NCBI GenBank assembly: GCA_951406725.2
Contig: OX597827.1
Coordinates: forward strand, 68,386,001 to 68,450,000
DNA: 64,000 nucleotides
Direction of reading: 5' to 3'
From: Octopus vulgaris
Lineage: Eukaryota
In this document: piece by piece, positions 27,061 through 41,846 of the stretch
How positions within the stretch are numbered: the stretch's first letter is position 1
Layout: the number at the start of each line of letters is the position of its first letter
Translations under genes and position numbers: made by a program
Notes under the pieces: model-generated
The model's input: only the letters and a program-made list of their open reading frames with translations
Told to the model about the DNA's origin: nothing
Databases searched by the model: none

Positions 27061-28856
27061 GGAAAAGAATATATTATACAAACACGCATATATTACATAG
27101 GAACAGACTTATCACAAGCGTGCATAATTAACTGCCCCTCCGTTGGTTTCGACAATGAGCGGAACAGCCTGTATGTAAAATTAACATACAAGTGGTTGAG
27201 TACTACACAGACACGTGTACCCTTAACATAGTTCTCAGAGAGATTCAGTGTGTCACAGAACGCGACGAAGCAGGCTCTTTCATATACAGGCATAACTTAC
27301 TTTTGTCAGCTGAGTGAACGGGAGCAAAGTGAAATATCTTGTTCAAGGACACAACACACAGTCATGAATCGAACGCAGATTGTGAGCCAAGTACCCTAGC
27401 CACAAGGCCACGTGCCTTCACTGCATCCGTGCATACGCATATCCAGACATCCAATGCGTGGGTAAATAATGATACTGGTAGTTGTACGAATATAAATACA
27501 CAAACGAAATAAAGGTACAATTTACAAACAAAATAAAGACCGTACAGCTCTGAGAGAAAGATAGGACAAGATATATGTATAAGTAACGCAAGGATAATGT
27601 CCTAAACGACGGGAAAACTCCTTTATGACTTAGAAAACTGCTTCTAAGCGTTGGCCGATTTTCTTTTTGAATTCATAGCATAAAATATTCATCTCCTATA
27701 TAAAAGACAGTCATAAATTATATCAGACCGTAGTGGAAAGTTTAATTTGCCTTTCTCTGCTTTTGATGGTTTATCGTTAATTAAGCAATCGAGATCGAAT
27801 TTGGAACTGCGTGACTGCGAAGCGAACTTCTTAAATACTCGCTGACAGAAATATTTCTTTAGACAGCTGAAAATGAGGATCGGTGGGGGGGGGGTAAAAA
27901 AAAAGGAAAAGAAAACTTGCTAAATCTTAGTGAGTTGGGGGTAGATTCCTGGGATGTGAGTATTTGTTTAGGTAAAGATTTGGTGGGGTGGGGTGGGGTG
28001 GAATATTAATCCAGTTCTGGATTTAAAGACATCAGAAGAGACTGAGAAATGTAGTAGAGACCGCAAGACCTTGGGATTGAAAGCTTTCCAGCAGATGTGA
28101 ATGACGGGTGTAAAACCCTGGAAAAACAAACAATAAACACAAACAAACAAACAAGAAGGAATATCACCCCCATGCCAATTATAAAAGAATTTTTAACTTC
28201 TAACACAACTAAATTAGTTTTTGAAAGAACAAGCTTGTAAAGTCTACAAGATTCTTTATTGATTAAATCAACAATTTCAAATAACCAATTATTTAAGAAT
28301 TTTCGAAAATAATTCAGTCGAGCAAACTACTGCTAAATATTTTGGTTAATTTCTAAAAAGAAAAAAAAAAGGGAAAGAAAGGAAAGCAAAATATAACTAA
28401 AATATTTAACTATAATTTCTTCCAGTGGATCATTTTCGAAAATTCCTACATAATTGGTTATTTTCCTTTAGACAAGTTCATATTTCCGAATAACTTACAA
28501 TGTGGTATATCACTCTAGGATGTTTGTCATAAAACATTTTCTTAACGTATTTTTTTTTTATTGTTCCCCCCCCCCCAAAAAAAAATGTTGTTGTTATTTT
28601 TTTTTATGTTCAGGAAATTTTGCTCTTAAACTGAACGGCGATTACTTATTTAAACCTGCTTTTTACGTTTCTTTGAGAAATGTTCGAAACTATACTGCCA
28701 CGTTACGTTAAGAATGATTAAGAACTCTTTAAATTGTTTGGTTTTTTTCCCTATTTTCCCAGCATTAAATGTACAGACACACACACACACACACTTATAC
28801 ACACAAACACGCACATGTGCAAAAACACACACATATATACATGCACAAATACACAA

Positions 28857-29055
<199 letters not shown>

Positions 29056-29390
29056 TATATATATACTTGCCATTTACGAACCATAAGGACATACATCTGT
29101 CTGCACTCAATTTCTCACTTTAAAACACACTCTCACACACCCACATAAATATCGCAGGAAAATGCAAACACATGTACATACAGACATCAGTATATACGTA
29201 TATGTATGTGTGTATATATATGTGTATGTATATATTACCTATATACATATGTATACACATACATACATGTATATATATATGTATACACATGCATACATGT
29301 ATATATATCTATACACACATACATACAAGTATATATATATATGTACACACATACATACATGTATATATATCTATATACACATACATACAA

Positions 29391-29431
<41 letters not shown>

Positions 29432-29642
29432 CATACATGTATATATATCTATATATACATACACATATATATATAAGTATATATATGTATACATATATAT
29501 ATATATGTATACACATATACATATATAAATATGTATACACATACATACATGTATATGTATATATGTATACACTTACATACATGTATATGTATATATATAT
29601 ACACATACGTACATGTATATGTATATATATATATATACATAC

Positions 29643-29701
<59 letters not shown>

Positions 29702-30530
29702 TATATGTGTTGTTACGGGGGCGGGTGTAGCTATAAACAAACGTGTACAGAATAGAGTTGAACGTGAATATATATTTTCGTAGCTACGAAAGTAAACTGA
29801 ATGAACAGAAGCAATAAACTGGCCACGACGTTCAGGTGTCTTCACTTACACCATAAAATTGGTTTCCCAGATCTATTGTTCCAATCACAATTCCTTGGTT
29901 ATATTGTTCTTCTTGGGTCGAAAATTCTTATTCTTACAAAAAAAGCTACTCCCTGAAAATGGAGCGCAACATTTCACAGATTTGAGTCATTGATGAGAAA
30001 TATGCAGCAGGCGGTTTAAATGCACGAATCTCCAATACCGAAGTGATTAAAACGAGTCAGAAGGAGGACACCCAGGGGATCATGACTTGGATGCGGGCCG
30101 GCCCTCTTACATTCTAAGATGTTAATGGCCGAAACACTTACTCAAATTGTGTTTCTTCTTTGAAGACTTCTAGAGAGTTTCTCACCATCAAAACAAGAAC
30201 TACACTGGCGAAAATAAATTTAAGACCGATGATAAAAATTCTATTTCTTACAAAATATTTTGTTACTAACACCATACAAATTATTTTTATCTTTTACACC
30301 TTATGCAGAATTTATTTCTCTTTCGGTGTGAGACAAAAACAGGCACGAAGACGTGTGCACATATGCAATGGGCTTCTCCACAGTTTCCGTCTCTGAAATT
30401 CATTCATAAAACATTGGTCAACTCGACGCCACAGTAGAAGAAGACACCAAAGATAATGTGCTGTGGCAACCAACCCGACAGCCCACGATTCTGAAGTGGA
30501 TTTCGTAACCACACAGCCATAGACGAAGCA

Positions 30531-31050
30531 ATGTTTAAAACCTTATATATAGGACTTAACAATGATATAGGACTTAACAACAACTTGGCCCTCTTCATTG
30601 TTAACGGACAAGGATTAAACAAGATCAGAAAATATTTAATCACTACTTTTAAAGAACTAGAAGTTAGTATTATTCTAGCCAGAAATTTAAGTAAGTTAAA
30701 TGTTGAGATTTTAGCTTAGATTTAGACGCATCTATAACAGAAAAGTAAAAATAAATGAAAATGTATCAGGAAATATTTAATCAGTACTTTTAAAGAACTG
30801 GAAGTTAGTATTACTCTAACCAGAAATTTCCCCAAGTAAGTTAAATGTTGAGATTTTAGCTTAGATTCAGACACATCTATAACAGAAAATAAAAAAATTC
30901 AAACGTAGATCGACAGCGTTTCCAATTACCTCCATATCATTTTCAAGAACCTACTTGTTGATGATTCTGTTTAACCAAACTCATTCCTGGATGAGCAGAC
31001 ATTTTATCAACAAATTTTGCAGTAGTCATTATTGTGCCGCTTAATGCATC
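30531..31050 (+). pseudogene. Highly degenerate Penelope-like RT fragment with an internal ~125-bp tandem duplication
   Basis: IGLN..LAL...NGQGLNKIRKYLITTFKEL.VSI...NL.K.N and downstream SNY.HIIFKNL resemble the GLYRDDGL...L.KIRK.L...FK..GL.I...SNHPP region of PLE RTs. 30626-30750 is duplicated at 30765-30895. Confidence 0.45.
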
Positions 31051-31081
31051 ATCGTCTACATAGTACAGTAATGCATATTTC

Positions 31082-31132
<51 letters not shown>

Positions 31133-31372
31133 GTTGTTGTTGTTGTTATTATTATTATGTTAGGGTGTGATTGTGAAGGATATTTGGCAGCAATTCACTC
31201 TGTGAAAGCAGATAAGAGATACGGCTCCGAGATAAGCAGCCGTACAACTATAAATATTGTTGAGTTATGTCATTTTCACCATAACTAAAATGCCGAACTG
31301 ATGTTTTATCGATCTGGCGTGATTTCTTTCCAGAAAGAGTGAGTTAGAGTGCAACAAATAAGTCATAGGTAT

Positions 31373-31584
31373 CTCTTTTACTCTTTTACTTGTTTCAGTT
31401 ATTTGACTGTGGCCATGCTAGAGCACTGCATTTAGTCGAGCAAATCGACCCTGGGACTTATTCGTTGTGAGCCTAGTACTTATCCTATCGGTCTTTTTTG
31501 CCGAACAGCTAAGTTACGGGGGACATAAACACACCAGCATCGGTTGTCAAGCAATGCTAGGGGGACAAACACAGACACACAAAC

Positions 31585-31634
<50 letters not shown>

Positions 31635-31797
31635 GACGGGCTTCTTTCAGTTTCCGTCTACCAAATCCACTCACAAGGCTTTGGTCGGCCCGAGGTTATA
31701 GTAGAAAACACTTGCTCAAGATGTCACGCAGTGGGACTGAATCCGGAACCATGTGGCTGCTAAGCAAGCTACTTACTACAGAACCACTCCTGCGCCT
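31373..31797 (-). mobile_element. SINE family B
   Basis: Full-length reverse copy. Confidence 0.85.
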
Positions 31798-32019
31798 GTG
31801 AGGATCCTTTAAGAACCGTTATGAGAATCGCAATTTCACTTTTAAATTCGAAAGAAGAGCATCGCAGTGATATTGAAACTATATCTAAAGGAGACCCACA
31901 CTAATTGTGAAATCCCACGCCTCGTCTTAAACCAAGACAAACAAAAAACACATTAACAGAAAAATCATCTAGAGCTACCTAACGAAAAAAATAATCCCTC
32001 CATTTTATCTACACGTGAT

Positions 32020-32360
32020 TCCTTAACGTGTTTTGAGGGTATATACCCCAGACACTTCTTCCGTAGTGCCCTGTTAAAAGCAACCTTCATTACATTTTTC
32101 GGTTGGATTCCCAAGCGTGACTCACCAAGAGTATGGGTATTTCCGACCATCTCGTTTTTAGTCGGTCCCTAGGTCTTTTACCAGTTGGTTAGGCTTGAAG
32201 AATCCGTCTTGCTATTCTTTTCACTGTGACGAACTAATCACACGTCCTTAGTACCGGAGTTGCGGACTTTCAATGGAGTGAAATAGCGGCTCCACTTGGA
32301 GTGGGTCCTAGATTTCTAAATTACTCACCCTGTCGGGTAACGTCACTCTCTCGGTCATAA
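32020..32360 (-). mobile_element. Degenerate RTE LINE 3' fragment
   Basis: Minus strand: VTLPDRVSNLEI*DPLQVEPLFHSIESPQLRY*G.V ... SRLGIQP, with stops and frameshifts. Confidence 0.65.
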
Positions 32361-32518
32361 ATACACACTATCATGAAAATATTATTTTTTTCTTTTCCTC
32401 TATAACCCCAATAGAACACTTGAACTGGATTACTTCGCTAGTTTTAAATTATTGCCACAGTAACTGAACTTCACTAACTGGAAACCTGGACAAAACCTTA
32501 TATATATACACACAAACA

Positions 32519-33163
<645 letters not shown>

Positions 33164-33730
33164 GAGGGAAAATAGGAACATAAATGGACAAACAAACAGA
33201 CAGATAGACAGACAGACAGTTATGTGGGTAGATATGCCTATATATATCATATCCTATCTAACCATATATCGTCTTTTTATCTGAAGATGGAACAAAATAT
33301 GCATCAGCAGATCTTAAAAGAAAAGAAGAAAGTGCTTCAAATCTAATCTCAGTTTGCAAGAAATAGAAAGTTCCACATTTAGCTTAGAACTAAAATAGAG
33401 CCAAAAACATCAGATTTTTTAGAGAAAACGAAGGAGTGGATAGACTGATTGGGAATGCAAAATAAGACGTCTATTACTTTCTTGATTTAAATGCATGAGT
33501 ATTTATAAATATTGGTTTCAAATTTTGGCACAGGGCTATTTGGTTACGTCGACCCCCCCAGTGCTCAACTGGTACTTAACTTATTCTATCTACCCTGAAA
33601 GAATAAAAGGCAAAGTTCGGTCTCGGAGGAATTTGACCCTCGGAACGTAAAAGGACGGACGGACGGACGGACGAAATACCGCTCAGAATTTTGCCCGACG
33701 TGTCGACGATTCTACCAGCTCACCACCTTA

Positions 33731-33795
<65 letters not shown>

Positions 33796-33811
33796 TGATA
33801 ATAACAATAAC

Positions 33812-33846
<35 letters not shown>

Positions 33847-33946
33847 TGATGATGATGATGATGATAATAACAATAACAATAATAATAATAACAATAACAA
33901 TAATAATAATAATGATGATAATAACAATAACAATAATAATAATAAC

Positions 33947-33987
<41 letters not shown>

Positions 33988-34079
33988 CAATGATAATAAC
34001 AATAATAATGATAATAATAATGATGATAATAACAATAATAATAATGATGATAATAACAATAATAATAATGATGATGATG

Positions 34080-34149
<70 letters not shown>
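33731..34149. repeat. (AAT)n with AAC/GAT variants
   Basis: Direct reading. Confidence 0.95.
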
Positions 34150-34151
<2 letters not shown>

Positions 34152-34825
34152 CCTACGTAAAATACTGTCTATGTAATCTCAAATTTCAAAACAAACACAT
34201 AATTTTCTTATGGTTTCTTAAACATTCTCTAGAACAACACTACGTACAAAACCAAATATATGGCATCCTAGGCATAACACCAACATGAAGTTCTAACTTG
34301 TCTCTTGAGGTATCTGGGTGAGACTTGGAGCCAACTTGTACAAATGCAAAGCATAAGTCAAACATAAAATGGTAATAATAACAGAAACCAGGCTAACGTT
34401 CTTGAAAACCTAAATGCAGATTCTGCGATACATTTGACGAAAAATAGACCAATTCGTCTCGAGATGTCCTCTGCTGACACCAAACGAATAAAAAATTGCC
34501 ACACTAGGGCAGGACAATATTTACATTGGAAAATAAATAGACACCACAAAATCAGCACTCCTGCTTACTGGTTTGAACATCATCCTGAACCAGTCGGTGA
34601 AGGTAGAAATGCAAACTATCCTTTGGTATTTTCCGGTCAACACCGACAGAACGCTCCGAGCTAATCGACCAGACATAGTCATTAAAGACAGGGAAGAAAA
34701 TACTTGTAGACCAGTAGATGTAAGTGTTCCCACCGATTAAAATATATCTGTAAAGGAATTTGACAAATTAAGTAAATATAAGGACCTGGAAACTGAAATA
34801 CAAAACATATGGCATCTTCGAACTA
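34150..34825 (+). mobile_element. Dong/R4-like (RLE) non-LTR retrotransposon fragments
   Basis: LRKILSM* plus 3' UTR at 34150-34360. At 34500-34820: GQYLHWKI...W.EHHPEPV...TDRTLRANRPDIVIKD...DVSVP...KLSKYKDLE.EI...WHL (restriction-like endonuclease PD..D motif). Confidence 0.8.
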
Positions 34826-34933
34826 TACAAATCAGTCAAGTTAGCTCGGTTCGGGCATATAGCTCCACGTAATATTGACACGCCATTATTTATGGCTTTA
34901 AGTACTTTGAGTTCCATCAATAGAAATATATTA

Positions 34934-35078
34934 TACGAGACGGTGTCGAAAAATCCCTGGCTTTAGGTAAAAGAAGCCGCAGAAGGATCAGTTAATTATG
35001 CCCACGGGCATATGGCGTAGTGGTTAAGAGCACGGGCTACTGACCCCAAGATTCCGAGTTCGATTTCAAGCAGTGACT

Positions 35079-35138
<60 letters not shown>

Positions 35139-35156
35139 GTAGTAATAATAATAATA

Positions 35157-35223
<67 letters not shown>

Positions 35224-35532
35224 CAACATCGAAAAATTCCTTAGGAACGAGAACCCAGGTTTGAAATTTCCCCGAGGCCCCTGATGAAGGCCGGAGGGTA
35301 TATCAGCTGAAACGTTGTGTTAACAACAAACAAGATGAGGACAAATATCCGTCGAATGTAAATAATATAAATATTGTACGTAATTCCTCATATCTTAAAT
35401 ATAGAACTGTATTAATTTTGGTTTTAATTAACATATTCCCCTCTCATATTCAAACTTATTGCAAATGTCCTTCAGATGGTCTAGGTTTTTCGCAATACCC
35501 TTAAAGCCAAGAAATTTTCAGCATCCCTTCTA
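34934..35532. mobile_element. Mariner-like MITE interrupted by a family-E insertion
   Basis: Imperfect TIRs tacgagacggtgtcgaaaaatccctggcttta / taaagccaagaaattttcagcatcccttcta. Confidence 0.55.
35001..35411 (+). mobile_element. Family E element, full length, with TSD
   Basis: A box TGGCGTAGTGG, B box GAGTTCGATTTC, long (AAT)n, CTGATGA at 35281 and GAAACGTT at 35309. Flanked by ttaattatg (34992-35000) and ttaattttg (35412-35420). Confidence 0.82.
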
Positions 35533-35557
35533 TACATACATACATACTTACATAAGT

Positions 35558-35993
35558 GGAGGCGCAATGGCCCAGTGGTTAGGGCAGCGGACTCGCGGTC
35601 GTAGGATCGCGGTTTCGATTCCCAGACCGGGCGTTGTGAGTGTTTATTGAGCGAAAACACCTAAAGCTCCACGAGGCTCCGGCAGGGGATGGTGGTGATC
35701 CCTGCTGTACTCTTTCACCACAACTTTCTCTCACTCTTACTTCCTGTATCTGTTGTACCTGTATTTCAAAGGGCCGGCCTTGTCACTCTCTGTGTCACGC
35801 TGAATATCCCCGAGAACTACGTTGAGGGTACACGTGTCTGTGGAGTGCTCAGCCACTTACACGTTAATTTCACGAGCAGGCTGTTCCGTTGATTCGGATC
35901 AACCGGAACCCTCGTCGTCGTAACCGACGGAGTGCTTCCCAACATACATACATACATACATACATACATACATACATACATACATACATACAT
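35558..35993 (+). mobile_element. SINE, head C + tail ii, ending in (CATA)n
   Basis: Head as at 3511; 3' half as in the family-D element at 23110. Confidence 0.85.
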
Positions 35994-36477
35994 AAATGTT
36001 AATACATAGATACATACACACATATTTATACGTGTGTGTATATATATAAATTTCTTTATCATGGGTATAATAAGGGTATGTGATACTGCAGATTATACAC
36101 CTCACACACCCATCCACGATCCACTGACTGTACTCCACGACCCTCCAATCCCCATACTTTCTGAAAATCATCTTCCTTATTCATCAAGATCCTGTGAAAT
36201 CTTTAATCTTTGCGCAAACCAATGCTTGACTCGTTCCGAGAAGCTAAGCCCATCATTCTGAAAATTATAACCTTGCTGCTGACCTTACTGTAATAGTAGT
36301 AGTAGTAGTAGTAGCAGCAGCTGGATGTGTAGATGCTGGTGATGCTGTAATAGGTGCTTTATTCACATCGTCCGTTCTTGTTGTTGCTAACGCTGTAGGA
36401 ATTGTTTTATCTTATTACAGCGATTAGCAGCCATAATTGAAGTCGATGCCCTTTTATCTTGTAGTAGTATTATATGT

Positions 36478-36695
36478 AGTAGTAGTAGTAGTAGTAGTAG
36501 TAGTAAGAATAGTAGTAGTAGTAACAGTAGTAGTAGCAGTAGTAGTAGTAGTTGTAGTAGTAGTGGTAGTAGCAGTAGTAGTAGTAGTAGTGGTGGTAGT
36601 AGTAGTAGTAGTGGTAGTAAGAGTAGTAGTAGTAGTAGTAGTAGTAGCAGCAGCTGTAGTAGTAGTAGTAGTAGTAGTAATAGTAGTAGTAGTAA

Positions 36696-36736
<41 letters not shown>

Positions 36737-36742
36737 ACAGTT

Positions 36743-36773
<31 letters not shown>

Positions 36774-36819
36774 CAGCAGTATTAGTAGTAGTAGTTGTAG
36801 CAGTAGTAGTTGTAGCAGC

Positions 36820-36870
<51 letters not shown>
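36478..36870. repeat. (GTA)n microsatellite
   Basis: Direct reading. Confidence 0.95.
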
Positions 36871-36871
<1 letters not shown>

Positions 36872-37100
36872 TGTGATGTAGATTTGAATTAATAATTTCC
36901 AAGTTAAAGGTTATTTTAATGGTGGGTTTTATTTACTTATTTTAATTTAATTTATTTTATTTTATTTTATTTATTTCGCTCCTTTACAATACATTCCCAT
37001 ATTCTAAACCAATTCCGGTCTTGAATTCCAGAACACGACGACAACATTCCATAGAATGGGTGGATAGTTGTGGGAGGACAATAATGATCTATACACACAC

Positions 37101-37197
<97 letters not shown>

Positions 37198-37373
37198 CAT
37201 TATATATATATACATATATATACATATATATATATATACATTATATATATATATATACATTATATATATGTATACATTATATATATATATATATACATTA
37301 TATATATATACATTATATATATATATACATTATATATATATACATTATATATATATACACATTATCTATATGT

Positions 37374-37437
<64 letters not shown>

Positions 37438-37464
37438 CACATATATATATACATATATATATAC

Positions 37465-37524
<60 letters not shown>

Positions 37525-37679
37525 TACACACACACATATATGTATATATATGTATGTATGTATATATATATATGTATGTATGTATATATATATATATAAA
37601 TGTATGTGTGTGTGTGTGCGCGTATATGTATGTATATATATATATATTCATATGTATTATATGCATATGTATTATATGC

Positions 37680-37728
<49 letters not shown>

Positions 37729-38109
37729 TCTAGCTATCTCTCTCCCTACATATAAATATATATATACACATACACATACACATAATTATGTATATATTTA
37801 TGTATATATGTATATTTGTGTGTGTGTGTTTACGCTTGTGTTTGTTTGTGTGTGTGCGTTTATGAAAGGGGATAAAAGAGAATCTACACAATGAAGAATC
37901 TAATAAACAGAGAAACGCTCATTGAAATGAAAAGAACAAAGAGAGGGAGAAAAAGAGAGACAGACAGACAGACAGAAACAAAGTGAAAGGGAAGGAGGGA
38001 GGGAATGTAAACGTAAGGAAAGAACATGAAGCACAAAAGAGCAACAACAATACAAATAAGCGAAATTACCAGCATCATGATAACCACCATTATCATCACC
38101 ATCATCATC

Positions 38110-38665
38110 GTACATATTGCTTTCAAATTTTGGCACATTGCCAGCAATTTCAGAGAAGCGAGTAAATCGATTATATCGATCCCAGTTCTCAAATGGTACT
38201 TATTTTTTTCGATCCCGAAAGAATGAAAGGCAAATTCGACCTCGGCGGAACTCGAACTCAGGGAATAAACACTGACGATACACCGCTCAGCATTTTGGTT
38301 CTGTCAGCTCTCTGTCTTGTACCCTTTTCTACTCTAGACACAAGGCCCGAAAGAGAGAGCCAGTCGATTAGATCGACCACAGTACGCAACTGGTACTTAA
38401 TTTATCGACCCCGAAAGGATGAAAGGCAAAGTCGACTTCGGCGGAAACATAATAACAACCCTTTCTACTATAGGCACAAGGCCTGAAATTGCAGGAGAAG
38501 GGTTACTTGGTTACATTGACTCCCAGTTCACAGCTGATACTTATTTCATCGACCCCGAAAGGAGGGAGGGAAAGGTCGACCTCGGCGGAATTTGAACTCA
38601 AAACGTAAAAACGGACGAAATGCCTCTAATCATTTTGCCCGGCGTACTAACGATACTGCCAGGCG
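38110..38665 (-). mobile_element. Cluster of three SINE family A fragments
   Basis: Repeated tcgaccccgaaaggatgaaaggcaaagtcgacctcggcggaa. Confidence 0.75.
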
Positions 38666-38734
38666 ATACCATCTATATAATTATGATAATAACATAGATT
38701 CCCAAACATAATTGCAGCAAGTAGTAGTAGTGAG

Positions 38735-39470
38735 GCATGACTATGTTCGCAGAAAGGAAAGCTGAAAAGGGAGACAGAAAGTTTGTTAGTAGCTGTATAA
38801 GATCAAGCATTAATGACTAATTGGATAAAAGCCAAGATAGACAAAAATCAAGCAGATTCCCAATGTAGGTTATGCATATCAAAAGAGGAAAGCGTTAATC
38901 GTATGTAAGTGAATGTAGCATGCTACCATAGAAAGAATACAAGAAAAGACATGACGACCTAGGGAGAGTAATCCATTGGGAGCTATGTAGAAAGCTAGGA
39001 TTTGAACATATTGATAAATAGTACGAGCATAAATCTAGTAAAGTACTAGAAAGTAAGAAAAATAAGATGCTGTGGGACTTGAATATTCAGACTGACAGAG
39101 TAATAGAAGCTAGAAGTAGATAAAGAGAATAAAAAGTGCCAGATAATTGACTTTACAATCCCAAGTGATGAAAAACTCAATATATGAGGTATAGAAAAAT
39201 AGCAAATTACCAGGACCTAGCTATTGAATTACACAGACTATGGAAAGTGCGGGTATCCCAGTAGTTATACGTACATTGAGAATTATACCTAAAGATGAAT
39301 GGAGGAAATAGGCATAAAACCCAGTTTAGTACGGCTCCAGAAAACAGTGTTATTAGGGAGAGCTAGGATACTTAAGAGGGTTCTTAATATCTAAGGTTAC
39401 TTGCTGTAGCCCGATGTTAATATTATTTTTCTTTTCCAACAGTTTAATCTGTTGTGTATATATGAAATTA
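38735..39470 (+). mobile_element. Dong/R4-like LINE 3' end (CCHC knuckle + RLE), followed by (AAT)n
   Basis: GKLKRETESLLVA..DQAL.TN...KID....SQCRLC..KEESV...SEC...KEYKKRHD.LGRVIHWELC...LWD.NIQTDRVIEAR...IIDF.IP...YQDLAIEL.RLW...LQKTVLLG.ARILKRVLNI*, with stops and frameshifts. Confidence 0.9.
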
Positions 39471-39491
39471 ATAATAATAAAGATAATAATG

Positions 39492-39546
<55 letters not shown>

Positions 39547-39959
39547 TAATAATAATAGGCAGTGACTCTCATGGCTTTTGATCTTAACTGATTGGAAGTG
39601 TTATCATGTACATTGTTTTGTCTTGGTATAAAAGATGGGCTACAGCAAACATTCTGCTCAATACCACAGATTTGCTTGTCAGTTGTTTGACTTTAACCAG
39701 TTGAGCATGTCCCTTAGTGGCTGACGATATGTGTATCTCTGATCACGATCAGAAGAGGGGGAGCTAAGTGTTGAGAGGAATTCCTAGCTATGTGTTGAAA
39801 GGAATTCGTTATAGTTTGAATAATTCACCGCTAGACACATGGCTATTTTGTTTATCATCCTTAGACAACACTTATTCAGGGACCTTCTGAGCAGGATGGG
39901 CTACTCGACCTGAAGAAAATTCTGACTGGGCCCCACCTGCAAGCTCATGCGCTGTTTAA

Positions 39960-40172
39960 CTTGGGAACATTATCAGAAGACATCAAGGAGAATATACAGG
40001 AAATTGGAATAGATTCCCGATTAGAAATGATACAAAAGTTTTGCCTCCTTGGCAAGGGTAGAATTAGATAATTGAAAAGAACGGATAGCATGGTACCGTA
40101 GGCTGTAAATAGCAAGTCCGCTACGCATGCAAGACTGCAGGAGCTACAACAAAACCTATGATAAAGAGATCA
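39960..40172 (+). mobile_element. Dong/R4-like extreme 3' end (another family), ending in (AAT)n
   Basis: GTLSEDIKENIQEIGI..RLEMIQK.CLLG, then UTR and TAA repeats. Confidence 0.65.
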
Positions 40173-40185
40173 TAATAATAATAAT

Positions 40186-40262
<77 letters not shown>

Positions 40263-40407
40263 TAAAGTACTGTCTGTCTGAGGTCCTTGTTGTGACTTGA
40301 CAAACAGTACAAATCCCCGGTAGACACAATATCTTCAATCAACAACCTCGCGATATTACATATTGTACGACGTCAATCATAATAAAATAATAATAATAAT
40401 AATGATA

Positions 40408-40442
<35 letters not shown>

Positions 40443-40487
40443 AATAATGATAATAATAATAATGATAATAATAATAAAATAATAATA

Positions 40488-40545
<58 letters not shown>

Positions 40546-40925
40546 TGATAATAATAATAATAATGATGATGATGATGATAATATGCATTGTTTTGTCTTG
40601 GTATAAAATGATGGGCTACAGCAAATATTCTGGTCAATACCACAGACTTGCTTGTCGGTTGACGATATGCGCATCTCTGATCACGAGCAGAAGTAGTGGG
40701 GGAGCATCATAGCCATGTGTTGAGAAGGATTCTTTGGGGTTTGAATGATTCACCTCTGGAAACATGGGTGTTTCATAACATCCTTAATAATTATACAGGG
40801 ACCTTTTGAGCGGGATGGGTTACTCGATCCGAATAAAATTCTAACTGATAATCATGTGCTGTTTATCTTGATATGAGATCAATACATAATGATAATCAGA
40901 TAATAATAATAATACCCCAGTGATG

Positions 40926-41002
<77 letters not shown>

Positions 41003-41003
<1 letters not shown>

Positions 41004-41555
41004 CCCTGATGCAGTACCAGGCAGTGGCTCTCATGGCTTCTGATCTTAACTGATTGGAAGTGTTATCATGTACATTGTTTTGTCTTGGTATAAAAGATGG
41101 GCTACAGCAAATATTGTGCTCAATACCACAGATTTGCTTGTCAGTTGTTTGACCGTAACCAGTTGAGCATGTCCCTTAGTGGCTGACGATATGTGCATCT
41201 CTGATCACGAGCAGAAGTAGTGGGGGAGCATCATAGCCATGTGTTGAGAAGGATTCTTTGGGGTTTGAATGATTCACCTCTGGAAACATGGGTGGTTCTT
41301 TCAACATCCTTAAACAACCCTTATTCAGGGACCGTTTGAGCGGGATGGGTTACTCAACCTGAAGAAAATTCTAACTGGGCTCCACCTGCAAGGTCATGTG
41401 CTGTTTATCTTGATATGAGATCACCATGTCGCGCACATATGGTTGTGATGCATGTGCCTGGTGTACCCTTATCAGACGTGTAGTCATGATGGGTATACTG
41501 GGCTTGTATATTTTACCCCAGTGTCACTTTGATGGCATGCACTGCTCTCTCACTC
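41003..41555. mobile_element. Unclassified (AAT)n-embedded repeat family F; partial copies at 39558-39962 and 40585-40880
   Basis: Three near-identical copies within 2 kb, each starting in an AAT/GAT tract; no ORF or tRNA head recognised. Confidence 0.75.
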
Positions 41556-41591
<36 letters not shown>

Positions 41592-41691
41592 GTACTGTCT
41601 GTCTGAGGTCCTTGTTGTGACCTGACAAATAGTACATGTCCCCGCACAATATCTCCAATCAATAACCTCACGATATTACATACACGACATC

Positions 41692-41742
<51 letters not shown>

Positions 41743-41754
41743 GTAATAATAATA

Positions 41755-41846
<92 letters not shown>

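Noticed and set aside
35006-35078. tRNA gene (ACT anticodon-like loop); likewise the heads at 3511, 23360-23430 and 52538-52620
   Set aside because: Acceptor and T stems pair poorly, copies diverge and are fused to repeat bodies; these are tRNA-derived heads, not tRNA genes.
33712-36902. Poly-Leu/Ile/Asn/Val ORFs
   Set aside because: Trinucleotide repeats (AAT, GTA); no coding context.
41003-41025. Resemblance of ccctgatgcagtaccagg to the U2 snRNA 3' stem-loop
   Set aside because: Too short; no branch-point helix or Sm site.
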